Positions 39,218 through 50,499 of a DNA stretch of 64,000 nt are shown here, one piece after another. A model generated the notes under the pieces. The model saw only the letters and a list, made by a program, of their open reading frames with translations. It had not been told where the DNA came from and did no database searches. A program made the position numbers and the translations under genes. Origin of the DNA: Octopus bimaculoides (lineage: Eukaryota); assembly GCF_001194135.2 (NCBI RefSeq), contig NC_068981.1, positions 86,659,007 through 86,723,006 on the forward strand, read 5' to 3'. Each line of letters opens with the position of its first letter. Position 1 is the first letter of the stretch.

Positions 39218-40097
39218 TTGGCATCCTTTTTGTCTCAGGAGACAATGGAGTTGCGCATAAAATAATCTAGTCCGGTTTTTACATTTCATGTCCTAATACA
39301 TCTCCTGCTATGACTGTGTAATCCTATCCTTCACAAACACTCCTTCTGGCTGGTGCCGCAAATGTAGCGAAGACTTTGCCTGGCTGGTTGTAATGTCATA
39401 GTTTCTTGTCGACGTCTTTTCTTGTCTTTCTATTTCTCCTCTTTCCTTCTGTCACTCATTTATGTTCCTTCTTCTATGGTGCGTCGCCAATTCCCACGGT
39501 TGCTGGCAACCGCTTCCCAGTTGCTAATATTGATGTTGCAGGTCTTCATGTCCTTTTTGCAAACATCCTTGTATCGTAAGAACGGTCTTCCCACAGACTT
39601 AGTGCCGCCCCTAGTAAGCTCTCTGTAGAGTATGTCCTTGGGGATTCTGCCATCTTCCATACGACTAACATGTCCAAGCCAACATCATGGATCAGGCTAC
39701 ATCGGACATCCCAAACATACATATTGGAGACCACAGATTACAGGAAGTGGAGAAGTTTACCTATCGGTGTTCTACCGTCACCTACAACCTATCCTTTGAT
39801 GCCGAGCTCAGTATACGCATTGGCAAGGCAGCTGCTGTGATGGCCCAACTCTCCAAACGGGCATGGGACAACAATAAGCTGACCAAGAACACAAAAATGA
39901 AGATTTACCAGGCATGTATACTTAGCACTCTACTGTATGGCAGTGAGACCTGGACGCCATACACACGCCAAAAGCGTTGCCTAAATATCTTTCACCTGCG
40001 CTGCCTCTGGAAAAATCCTTGGCATCAAATGGCAGAATCGTGTCCCCAAAAAAGATGTCCTCAAGCAAGCAGTAATACTAAGCATGTTTGCACTCCT
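39218..40097 (-). mobile_element. RTE-clade LINE, 5'-truncated with an inverted 5' segment
   Basis: + piece 39687-40097 encodes EVEKFTY...RIGKAAAVM...LLYGSETW...LLTQRR; - piece from 39686 encodes WLGHVSRMEDGRIPKDILY...GRPFLRYKD and ends in GGATGCCAA. Confidence 0.9.
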
Positions 40098-40892
40098 CAC
40101 ACAAAGACGTATGATATNNNNNNNNNNNNNNNNNNNNNNNNNNNNNNNNNNNNNNNNNNNNNNNNNNNNNNNNNNNNNNNNNNNNNNNNNNNNNNNNNNN
40201 NNNNNNNNNNNNNNNNNNNNNNNNNNNNNNNNNNNNNNNNNNNNNNNNNNNNNNNNNNNNNNNNNNNNNNNNNNNNNNNNNNNNNNNNNNNNNNNNNNNN
40301 NNNNNNNNNNNNNNNNNNNNNNNNNNNNNNNNNNNNNNNNNNNNNNNNNNNNNNNNNNNNNNNNNNNNNNNNNNNNNNNNNNNNNNNNNNNNNNNNNNNN
40401 NNNNNNNNNNNNNNNNNNNNNNNNNNNNNNNNNNNNNNNNNNNNNNNNNNNNNNNNNNNNNNNNNNNNNNNNNNNNNNNNNNNNNNNNNNNNNNNNNNNN
40501 NNNNNNNNNNNNNNNNNNNNNNNNNNNNNNNNNNNNNNNNNNNNNNNNNNNNNNNNNNNNNNNNNNNNNNNNNNNNNNNNNNNNNNNNNNNNNNNNNNNN
40601 NNNNNNNNNNNNNNNNNNNNNNNNNNNNNNNNNNNNNNNNNNNNNNNNNNNNNNNNNNNNNNNNNNNNNNNNNNNNNNNNNNNNNNNNNNNNNNNNNNNN
40701 NNNNNNNNNNNNNNNNNNNNNNNNNNNNNNNNNNNNNNNNNNNNNNNNNNNNNNNNNNNNNNNNNNNNNNNNNNNNNNNNNNNNNNNNNNNNNNNNNNNN
40801 NNNNNNNNNNNNNNNNNNNNNNNNNNNNNNNNNNNNNNNNNNNNNNNNNNNNNNNNNNNNNNNNATATATATGTATATATACACATGTATAT

Positions 40893-41118
40893 AAGAGAGG
40901 GTATTAAAAAGTTCCTGGCTTTGGGCAAAAGAAAATACAGGAGGATCAGTTAATTATGATTTTACTCAACTTATTTCCCTCTCAAATTCAAACTCTTATT
41001 GCAGTGGTCCTTCAGTATTTCTAAAAAAAAATATTTCTAAAAAAACTAAGAAGGTTAGGCCTCCAACCAGGCTTTACGCAATACCCTTAAATCCAGGAAT
41101 TTTTCAGCATCCTTTCAT
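40893..41118. mobile_element. Tc1/mariner-type non-autonomous element
   Basis: degenerate TIRs GAGGGTATTAAAAAGTTCCTGGCTTT / AAATCCAGGAATTTTTCAGCATCCTT, flanked by TA. Confidence 0.55.
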
Positions 41119-41137
41119 ATATATTTCCATATATATT

Positions 41138-41330
41138 TTCGCCATGATAGATCGCTGACCACTACACACATTTTTTTTCTCTCCTTGTTTCTTTCTGTGT
41201 TCCTTTCTGTGGAAGAGCGTAGGTTCGAAACGTTAAAGACTTTTTCAATTCCCGAGCATTATACTAATACATCTATTTGTTTTCTACACCACCTGTCTTC
41301 GTCTGTTGTTCTTTTGTGAATTCTCCCCAT
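41138..41330 (+). mobile_element. solo 3' end of a Neptune-type PLE with a hammerhead-like motif
   Basis: colinear with the 3' UTR of the 53-55 kb PLE (CCATG..CGCTGA..CTACAC..GAAGAGCGTAG..TCGAAA..AAAGAC..CTAATACA). Confidence 0.7.
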
Positions 41331-41398
41331 ATGAAATCAATGCAATAATTATCAACTATGAAATTAAAACAATATCACAAACTGCAATCTTTCACTTT

Positions 41399-41484
<86 letters not shown>

Positions 41485-41492
41485 ACACACAC

Positions 41493-41542
<50 letters not shown>

Positions 41543-41612
41543 TTAAAGTGAAAGATTGCAGTTTGTGATATTGTTTTTATTTCATAGTTGATAATTATTT
41601 CATTGATTTCAT
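41331..41612. repeat. fold-back: 72-bp inverted arms around (CA)n(TA)n(TG)n
   Basis: 41331-41402 and 41541-41612 are reverse complements with 2 mismatches. Confidence 0.85.
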
Positions 41613-41959
41613 CGTGACTAATCTTGTGTCTTGTTTATAAACATGTCTGTTATTAATGATCTAGTGATATATGCTAAGCAATTGATCTCCATAGCATCCA
41701 AGGAAATTGCTTCAACAAAACTTTTATGAAAACACTTCATATATGTGTGTGTGTGTGTGTGTGTGCATGTGCACTGGATTTTTATCTCATGACCTATGTT
41801 TCATGCCACTGTGACCTTCAGACAGGATTGCTGTGAAGTGAAGCTTGAGTCATGAGATGAAAATTCAGTTTCAATAGACTATATGCTCTGTAACATCTAT
41901 TGGGTCCTTCTTTTACCATTTATTTGATACAATTTAGTGTATGTACACACACGCGCGTG

Positions 41960-42004
<45 letters not shown>

Positions 42005-42889
42005 CCTCACACATATCATCAGTGGATCATACACCCGAAAAAGAAGCATATTCTAAAAGTTAGAGCAGTAATGTATTTACATAAAGTAAGCGCTTTACGG
42101 GTGCGAAACCATTGGTCACTCTATGGCCAGACATGTATTTAACTTCATATCAATATATNNNNNNNNNNNNNNNNNNNNNNNNNNNNNNNNNNNNNNNNNN
42201 NNNNNNNNNNNNNNNNNNNNNNNNNNNNNNNNNNNNNNNNNNNNNNNNNNNNNNNNNNNNNNNNNNNNNNNNNNNNNNNNNNNNNNNNNNNNNNNNNNNN
42301 NNNNNNNNNNNNNNNNNNNNNNNNNNNNNNNNNNNNNNNNNNNNNNNNNNNNNNNNNNNNNNNNNNNNNNNNNNNNNNNNNNNNNNNNNNNNNNNNNNNN
42401 NNNNNNNNNNNNNNNNNNNNNNNNNNNNNNNNNNNNNNNNNNNNNNNNNNNNNNNNNNNNNNNNNNNNNNNNNNNNNNNNNNNNNNNNNNNNNNNNNNNN
42501 NNNNNNNNNNNNNNNNNNNNNNNNNNNNNNNNNNNNNNNNNNNNNNNNNNNNNNNNNNNNNNNNNNNNNNNNNNNNNNNNNNNNNNNNNNNNNNNNNNNN
42601 NNNNNNNNNNNNNNNNNNNNNNNNNNNNNNNNNNNNNNNNNNNNNNNNNNNNNNNNNNNNNNNNNNNNNNNNNNNNNNNNNNNNNNNNNNNNNNNNNNNN
42701 NNNNNNNNNNATATATATATCATCATCATCATCGTTTAACATCCGCTTTCCATGCTATCATATATACACACACACACACACACACTCTCTCTCTCTCATA
42801 CACACAAATACCCACACATATACATACTTGCAAATTATGTCTTGTCTTTGAATTGTGTTTCTTATTTGACAGGTACTGTATATTCATTT

Positions 42890-43200
42890 ATCATCATCAA
42901 CACCATTGTTTAACATCCACTTTCCATGCTGGCATGGGTGGGACAGTTTGACATGGAGCTGGTTAGCAGGGAGCTGTCCAGACTCCAGTTGTCTGTTGTG
43001 GCATGGTTGCTGCAGCTAGATGACCTTCCTAATGCCAACCACCTAACAGAGCATACTGGGTGCAATTTATGTGCCACTGGCACGAGTCTGTGTGTATAGA
43101 AGACAGTGATTTTACTTAGCTTGACATGTCTTATCAACTACAGCAAATTGCCACATCTCCCAGTCCCTTGTTATTTCTTCAGTGAGGCCCCAACAGCACA
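42890..43200 (-). mobile_element. SINE family C, CpG-decayed
   Basis: TTTAACATCCACTTTCCATGCTGGCATGGG and GATGACCTTCCTAATGCCAACCAC. Confidence 0.7.
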
Positions 43201-43484
43201 AACTCAATGTGTTTTGTTTACCTGTTTGCTGCAGTATGGTGTTTGATGGGGGATGACTCCCTCACATTGCTGGGTGTTAAAACACCCGAAAAACATAGGC
43301 AAAGCAATTCGTCTCCAATAAATTTCAGGAGTGGTGGAGACCAATATTTTGCCATTTTTGTGGCTTATCAGCAATACATACCTGAATCAAACTGAGAATG
43401 AATCAGACGAGTAGTCATGATGGGTATATTGGGCTTCATATATTTTACCCCAGTCACTTTGATGGCATCCACTGCTCTCTACTC

Positions 43485-43540
<56 letters not shown>

Positions 43541-43603
43541 GGAAAACACTCGGCAAGAAATGGAAGAAAATTTGAAGAAAGAATAATAATAATATTCTGA
43601 TAG

Positions 43604-43788
43604 TACACCAGAACTTACAAATATACATAGCATACAGAAAATTGCACTACTGGGTACTGCACACATCCTACGCAAAACACTTTCAATACAGTAACCATAA
43701 GAGCATCACAGCAAACCACATCACATACCCAAGGCACACAGAGCTGCGCTCGGTAGTGAAGTGAAAGCACGTTATAAAAATAAAACTA

Positions 43789-43791
<3 letters not shown>
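43604..43791 (+). mobile_element. R4/Dong-like RLE LINE 3' end
   Basis: IQKIALLGTAHILRKTLSIQ* (stop 43692-43694), about 100 bp of UTR, then (AAT)n. Confidence 0.75.
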
Positions 43792-43835
<44 letters not shown>

Positions 43836-44234
43836 TAATAATTTAATGTTCATTTTTATGCTGGTTCAACAAGACCTGACTAGTTAGTGAAGTATGTTAT
43901 GCCTACAATGTTTGCCTTAGAATGGTTTCTACGGTTAGATGCCCTTCCTAACACCAACTTCTTAACAGACTGTACTGGGTTCAGTTTTCATGGCACCAGT
44001 TCTAAAGAGGCCACCACATAACTTGCCAGATGAAAGATTCCACTCTGGACTGAGTGAGCACATAACACAGGGGAAATTGGCTTAATGCCAGGTCTTGAGA
44101 AGCTAAAGTATGAAACGAAGAGAAGGAACAGATTTTTTACTACATGACTAACTTGCATTCAAAAAGAATGGTTGAAAGTAATCGGGACGGAGCCGAAGAG
44201 AGAGAGAGGGGGAGAGAGAGAGGGGAGAGAGAGG

Positions 44235-44301
<67 letters not shown>

Positions 44302-44804
44302 AGAGAAGAAGCTGATGGTGCAGACATGCTAGAGTCTGCCCTCAAGGTATGAGAAGGTGAATAGAAGAGAAAATGTAGACAGAAGATCTAAAGGTTGCAA
44401 GAGAGTATGGGGAGAGTGAGAGGTGGCTAGACAAGAGGGTAGGGAATGGAGATGGGGTAAATATAGTGAGCAGTGAACGAGGGTAGAGGGATAGACAATG
44501 ATATATATATATATATATATATATGTTATTTGTATTATTTGGTTTAAATCTTTCTTGGGATTACCCTCATAACTATACTGCCAAATCGTAATACTAAACT
44601 GTTTAAGTAGTGTTTCTTTAATGATATCTTTTATACCTGCATTCTCTCTCTCTCTTCATCCCCCCCTCTCTCATACACACATACATTCACCTCCCTTTCT
44701 CAGTTATAATTGCTACACTTACTTCAGTGCATTGTCCTGTACCTTTCTCAATGTTTGTGTCAACCCTTTGTGGTTAAAAAAGAAAACATTATAATTGTTG
44801 TTTT

Positions 44805-44995
44805 TGTAGTAGTAGTAGTAGTAAGTAGTTGTAGTAGTAGTAGTAGTAATAGTAGTAGTAGTAGTAGTTGTTGTTGTTCTTGTTCTTGTTGTTGTTCTTC
44901 TTCTTGTTCTTGTTCTTGTTCTTCTTGTTCTTGTTCTTTTTCTTCTTCTCCTCCTCCTTCTTCTTAAGAACAACAACACCAACAATAATAATAAT
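44805..44995. repeat. compound trinucleotide/low-complexity tract (TAG/TTG/TTC/TCC/AAC)
   Basis: read directly; explains the poly-R/T/S ORFs. Confidence 0.9.
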
Positions 44996-45017
44996 TTGCT
45001 CTAAGGTGGGGTTTTTT

Positions 45018-46100
45018 TCCTGTCCTTAGAACAAATCGGATAAAGGCAAAGATCAACAAAACTCAGTCGGACACCAATGTAGAATCTGCAGGAACGGAGG
45101 CAATAGTATGAATCAAATTTTGAGTGAATGCAGTATACTTGCACAACAGGAGTATGAGCGCAGACATAATTGTATAGGTAAAAGAGTGCATTGAGGACTT
45201 AGCCAAATGTGTTGTTGTTGTTGGCACTCCGTCGCTTACGACGTTGAGGGTTCCAGTCGATCCGATCAATGGAACAGCCTGCTCGTGAAATTAACGTGCA
45301 AGTGGCTGAGCAATCCACAGACACGTGTACCCTTAACGTAGTTCTCGGGGGTATTCAGCGTGACACAGTGTGACAATGCTGGCCCGTTGAAATACAGGTA
45401 CAACAGGAACAGGAAGTAAGAGAAAGTTGTGGTGAAAGAGTACAGCAGGGTTCGCCACCATCCCCTGCCGGAGCCTCGTGGAGCTTTAGGTGTTTTCGCT
45501 CAATAAACACTCACAACGCCCGGTGTGGGAATCGAAACCGCGATCGTATGACCGCGAGTCCACTGCCCTAACCATTGGGCCATTGCGCCATTGCGCCATT
45601 GCGCCTCCACTGCCAAATGTGTAGCTTCATAACAAAAGAAAATTGGTATGAGCACAAAACAGACGCTGTGATAGAAAATGAGAATTACAAGATCTTGTGG
45701 GATTTTGCCATAAAGACGGACCATACTATGGAGGCAAGACGACCAGACATGATTATAAAGGACAAAATAAACAAACAGTGCAAGATCATAGATTTTGCAA
45801 TTTCTTATGACAGCAGAATCAATACCAGGGAAATTGAAAAAATTGAGAGAGAGCTGAGACTGTGGAAGACCAAGACAACAATTATTCCTTTAGTAATTGG
45901 TGTACTTAGCACAGCACCCAAAATGCGACCTAAAAGACTAGAAGAAATTGGAATTGAAACTCACATTGTCAACCTGCAGAAAAGTACCATCCTATATTCT
46001 ACAAGAATTCTAAGAAAGGTTCTTGAGATTAGAGGAGACTTGTTGTCATCAAACATCAAGATAAAATACCTGCTAACTAAATTAACATGTACTAGTTAAA
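45018..46100 (+). mobile_element. R4/Dong-like RLE LINE, 5'-truncated and interrupted by a SINE
   Basis: CRIC..SEC zinc knuckle, RRHN, WYEH, ILWDFAIKTD, RRPDMII, IIDFAI (PD..D endonuclease), ILRKVL; ends in (TAA)n. Confidence 0.9.
45213..45611 (-). mobile_element. tRNA-derived SINE family D with an 11-bp TSD
   Basis: TSD GCCAAATGTGT at 45202-45212 and 45612-45622; A/B-box head, (CAA)n tail. Confidence 0.9.
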
Positions 46101-46105
46101 TAATG

Positions 46106-46158
<53 letters not shown>

Positions 46159-46176
46159 TATAATAATAATAATAAT

Positions 46177-46650
46177 TTATTCTTTTATTAGCCACAAGGG
46201 CTCACGTAAAATAACGTCAAAGGACATGCAACAACATAAAAGACAAAAATGGGACTATACAATGGGGTTTCCGCGTGTAAACGATATAAATAACAATTAA
46301 AATTGAGAAAATTAAAAGTCCCAATAGGGGAGGCGCTTTGAGGTCCTCGTGCAAAAAACCCAGAAAAGCCACGAATGCCCGATGAACAGGGCAAGAGCCC
46401 TTCTCTTTTAATTTTTCACACGCTTAGAATTTTTGCACGCTTAGAATTGGTCCTTTCACATTGGCCATTCTTCCCACATTCACCCACCTTTCAACAAACT
46501 TGCTACAAGGCAACCCTTCCCTCTCCACCCTCCACTTCCTTTTTAAGTGAAACTTGAAAAAGTTGATGAGGGGTTGGTCAAAGAGGAAAGTGTCTGTATT
46601 TAGCCCTTTCAAACGGGTCCACCATACTACCTTTTTCGCTACAGCCTTTG
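46177..46650 (-). mobile_element. Tx1/L1-clade LINE 3' end inside (TAA)n
   Basis: KAVAKKVVWWTRLKGLNTDTFLFDQPLINFFKFHLKRK...RWVNV, then 3' UTR; (TAA)n on both sides. Confidence 0.7.
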
Positions 46651-46711
<61 letters not shown>

Positions 46712-46719
46712 TTTCAAGA

Positions 46720-47520
46720 TTGAAGTTACTCTTCACGAAGGTAAAGAAACAAGAAGAGTGCGACTGTTATTTGTAATAAATAGAGATTAACTCTGTTTAT
46801 TAAAATGAAATGAAACGCTGAAGCATTCAAAATCAAATCGGAGTAACTGCATTTCTTTCCAAGTAAAACGATGTCATCAGTCTTCGGTCTTTCACAAAAG
46901 GTAGCAGAAAGAAGGAAAGAAAGAAAAGAATTGGAGAAAAAATTATTCAGTTAAAAAGTTTAGTATAAATACGGTGGAATTCACCTGCTATTTTATTAAT
47001 TCCTGCAGGTTGAAATGTTAACAGCTCACAAATATATCTATCCTCATGAGTTTTGAGGACTGAAAGTGCAGTGGAGTGAGGGTTTTTTTTTGAGAATGTG
47101 CAACTTCAGGTCCTCCTCAAATTTACACCCGTCTGATGTGAAATGCTCCGCAAGTTCCGTGGAACCACTGTTATTTGCCTGACGTCGTACTTATGTTCGT
47201 TAAATCATTTTTGCAATCGTTCTGTTGTGCAACCAACATAAATCATTATTGTGTTTGGTGCATTCCACTGCATACACCAAATGGGAATCTTTACAGGTCC
47301 CTTCTGTAAAGATTCTTTAAAATCCAATTATGCCAGATCCGATCATCATCATTTCTTTCAACAGACATGGGTTTTTTTTGACTCCCCGTTACCAATTCTT
47401 TCAAAAATATATTCCCGGAGCTTGTGACGGCGGACAAACTGATATATTCCTTGTGTTAATTTATTTTTGTCAAAATTCTTAGTGTTTGGGCAGAAACAGT
47501 CCAAGTTCTAAGACAGATGC
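46720..47520 (-). mobile_element. PLE GIY-YIG endonuclease and 3' UTR
   Basis: LVYAVECTKH, MIYVGCTTERLQK*FNEHK, ELAEHF, EDRYICELLTFQPAGIN; stop at 46947-46949. Confidence 0.8.
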
Positions 47521-47559
47521 CGTGTTTTAAGTGAGGACTTCCATCAANNNNNNNNNNAT

Positions 47560-48250
47560 CCAAATTGGTATCCGGATAACGTTCGAGAGGGACGTTCCCA
47601 AGCACTGCTGGAATTTCTCGAATTTTAGGGAAAGCCTTAAAATCTGCAAGAAAAAGAGCGGGAATAACTTTACGGATTCCCAGAGTAGCGCACTCCGTAG
47701 CCTAGCAAACAATGATTCTATTGTTATTAAAATGGCGGATAAAGGAGGCGTTATTGTAATTTATTGACAAGAAATCTTCTTATGAAGAACTACAGAGAGG
47801 AACTTGATAAAATAATTTTGGAAATGGAGGAAAAGAATTTCATAAATGACACGGAATCTAAGCTGTTACGTTCAGAAAGAAGAACGCCTGTATTTTACGG
47901 TCTTCCAAAAATGCATAAAAAATTCGAAAAATTTGCTCTCTTGCGCCCAATTTGCAGCAGGTATGAATGTTGCACTGTTAAAATTTCCGAATGGCTGGGT
48001 GGCTTTCTTCTCCCAGTAGCTAAAAGATTAAGTTCCTACATTCGAGATACTTTTGACTTTGTTTCCAAATTGAACAAATTTTCCAAACACCGAAGTAGTG
48101 TTAGAGACTATTATTTGGTAACCATGAATGTTTCTTCCTTATACCCCAACATCGATCACGATGAAGGGGTGAAAGCATGCATGAAAGCCTTTGAAAAACA
48201 ATCAAAGAAAAGTATTCCCTCAAAGTTTCTCTGTAAATTATTAAAATTTG
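47560..48250 (+). mobile_element. PLE reverse transcriptase N-terminal half
   Basis: IVIKMADKGG, FYGLPKMHK, LRPICS, YIRDTFDFV, LVTMNVSSLYPNI. Confidence 0.9.
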
Positions 48251-48252
48251 TG

Positions 48253-48902
48253 GTTAGAGGAATGAAACGGTATGGCACATCGTTAGTTAATGCCCGAAAT
48301 TGGCACAACGCGAATACAAAAAACACCATGAAAATGTGGTAAGAATGTTCCATTGGGAACTCTGTGGAAATCACAGCCTACAAAGTGCAAAGACGTAGTA
48401 TGAGCACACCCCAGAAGGAGTAACCGAGAATGAGTATTGCAAAATCCTGTGGGATTCAATGATTCAGTGCAATCACCTGACCAGACATCGGAAACGGGAC
48501 GTTGTTGTGGTGAATAAAAAAAAGGAAGAACATGCATGATAATCGACATAGCATGCTCCGGTGACAACAGGATCAATGTGAAAGAAAAATAAAAAATAAA
48601 CAGCTATGACGATTTGCAGTGGGAAATGTGAAGGTTGTGATCAATGAGGAGAGTAGACGTGATGCCAATAATAATTGGTGAACTTAGAAGTATCAACATT
48701 CAACTACCAACTTAAATGAAGAAGATTGGAGCAAGTGTGGAGGTAGAACACCAACAAAAATCAGCATTGTTTGGAACTGCAAGAATTCTTCGCAGGGTTC
48801 TTCAAGCATGACTAGTAAACAAGTGTCACTTTAGTCTGCTGGCTATGGACAGCTGACACTTCCCATCATACCCAGCAAAATAAGCTGTGAGTTTTCATCA
48901 CA
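48253..48902 (+). mobile_element. R4/Dong-like RLE LINE, degraded
   Basis: ETVWHIVS*CPKLAQREY, ILWDSMIQ, MIIDIAC, KSALFGTARILRRVL*; ends in (TAA)n. Confidence 0.8.
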
Positions 48903-48904
48903 TA

Positions 48905-49530
48905 ATAATAATCCTTTCTATTATAGACATAAGGCCTGAAATTTGCGGGTAGGAGGTAAGTCGATTACATCAACCCCAGTGCGTAACTGGTACTTATTTA
49001 ATCGACCCCGAAAGGATAAAGGCAAAGTCGACCTCGTAATGATAATAATAATAATGGTTTCTTTTATTGAAGGTGGGAGGGCAGAATCGTTATTATATCA
49101 AACAAAATGCTTTACAACACTACTGCTGATTCTACGTCCTAAGTTCAAATCCTGCTGAGGTTGACTTTACCTTTCATCTTCTCAAGGTCGATAAAATAAG
49201 TACCAGTGTAAGTACCAGTTAAGCATGGGGTGGATATAATTGATTGTCTTCCTTCCCCGAAATTTCAGGCTTTGTGCCCATAGCAAAAAAAAAAAAAAAT
49301 GAAAAGTAAAAAAGCTGGAGAACTGACAGAGTCGTCAGCACACCGGAAAAATGCTAAATGCTTAGCGGCATTTCTTTCAACTTTTCAATCTGAGTTCAAA
49401 TACTACCGAGATTGACTTTGTCTTTCACCCTTTTGTTGCTGATAAAAGAAGTGCTAGTTGAGCACTGGCGTCGAAATAATCGACTAGCCCACTTCCCACA
49501 TAATTCAGGCCTTGTGTCTATAGCAGAAAA
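48905..49530. mobile_element. cluster of three SINE family B copies (48905-49035 -, 49065-49300 +, 49310-49530 +)
   Basis: family B blocks with CAGGCCTTGTG-type tails. Confidence 0.75.
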
Positions 49531-49906
49531 ATTGTTGTTGTTGTTGTGTACTGTCCTAGCAAAACGTGTTATGTATCACTTCCATTTGATTTATAGTTTC
49601 CTTTTAACAACTAATAAATTTATTTGTCTTCTGTTTTGTCGACTTACAACAAACACAGGAGACAAGTTTACATGTATATGTTTTACCCATTTTTTGGTGG
49701 TAGTGGGGGAGGCAATAAAACATTTTGTTTTAACAGATTTTCTCTTGTTCACATTTACTTAACTGTGAGACAATTAAGTCGACAATCCCTACCAAAGAAA
49801 AAGCTTGAAAGTTACTACAAGTTCACTGAAAAGCAAACCAAAATGAAATGAATTAATGTAGAGCAAAACCACATATCCTTTGAAAAACAAAATGATGTAC
49901 ATTTCT

Positions 49907-50138
49907 TATTTCTTTACTGCCCACACGAGGCTAAACACAGAGGGGACAAACAAGGACAGACGAAGGAATTAAGTCGATTACATCGACCCCAGTGCGTAAC
50001 TGGTACTTAATTTATCGACCCCGAAAGGATGAAAGGCAAAGTCGACCTCGGCGGAATTTGAACTCAGAACGTAACGGCAGACGAAATACCGCTAAGCATT
50101 TCGCCCGGTGTGGTGACGTTTCTGCCAGCTCGCCGCCT
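49907..50138 (-). mobile_element. full-length SINE family B with an 11-bp TSD
   Basis: TSD TGTACATTTCT at 49896-49906 and 50139-50149. Confidence 0.92.
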
Positions 50139-50392
50139 TGTACATTTCTGTGGACAATGGCACTACCGTGGGCAGTAATTTTATGATGTTTAGACACATC
50201 AACAGCGGCGACATTGAATGCTAGCTTGCTGCGATCTTTGCAGCACAATATACACGAATATAGAGAGCAGATCCTTTGCCTATCCTTTGCCTATGTATCA
50301 CGTGTGACACACATGACATATTGCTTTGGCGCCCACCATATATGATGGACGCCAGAGCAACATGTTATATATATGATCATATGTCATATATG

Positions 50393-50428
<36 letters not shown>

Positions 50429-50438
50429 NNNNNNNNNN

Positions 50439-50499
<61 letters not shown>

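Noticed and set aside
44710-44985. Poly-Ser/Arg/Thr ORFs
   Set aside because: Translations of a compound trinucleotide tract
45520-45611. tRNA-like sequence
   Set aside because: It is a SINE head with TSD and tail, not a tRNA gene; the same applies to the other A/B-box hits
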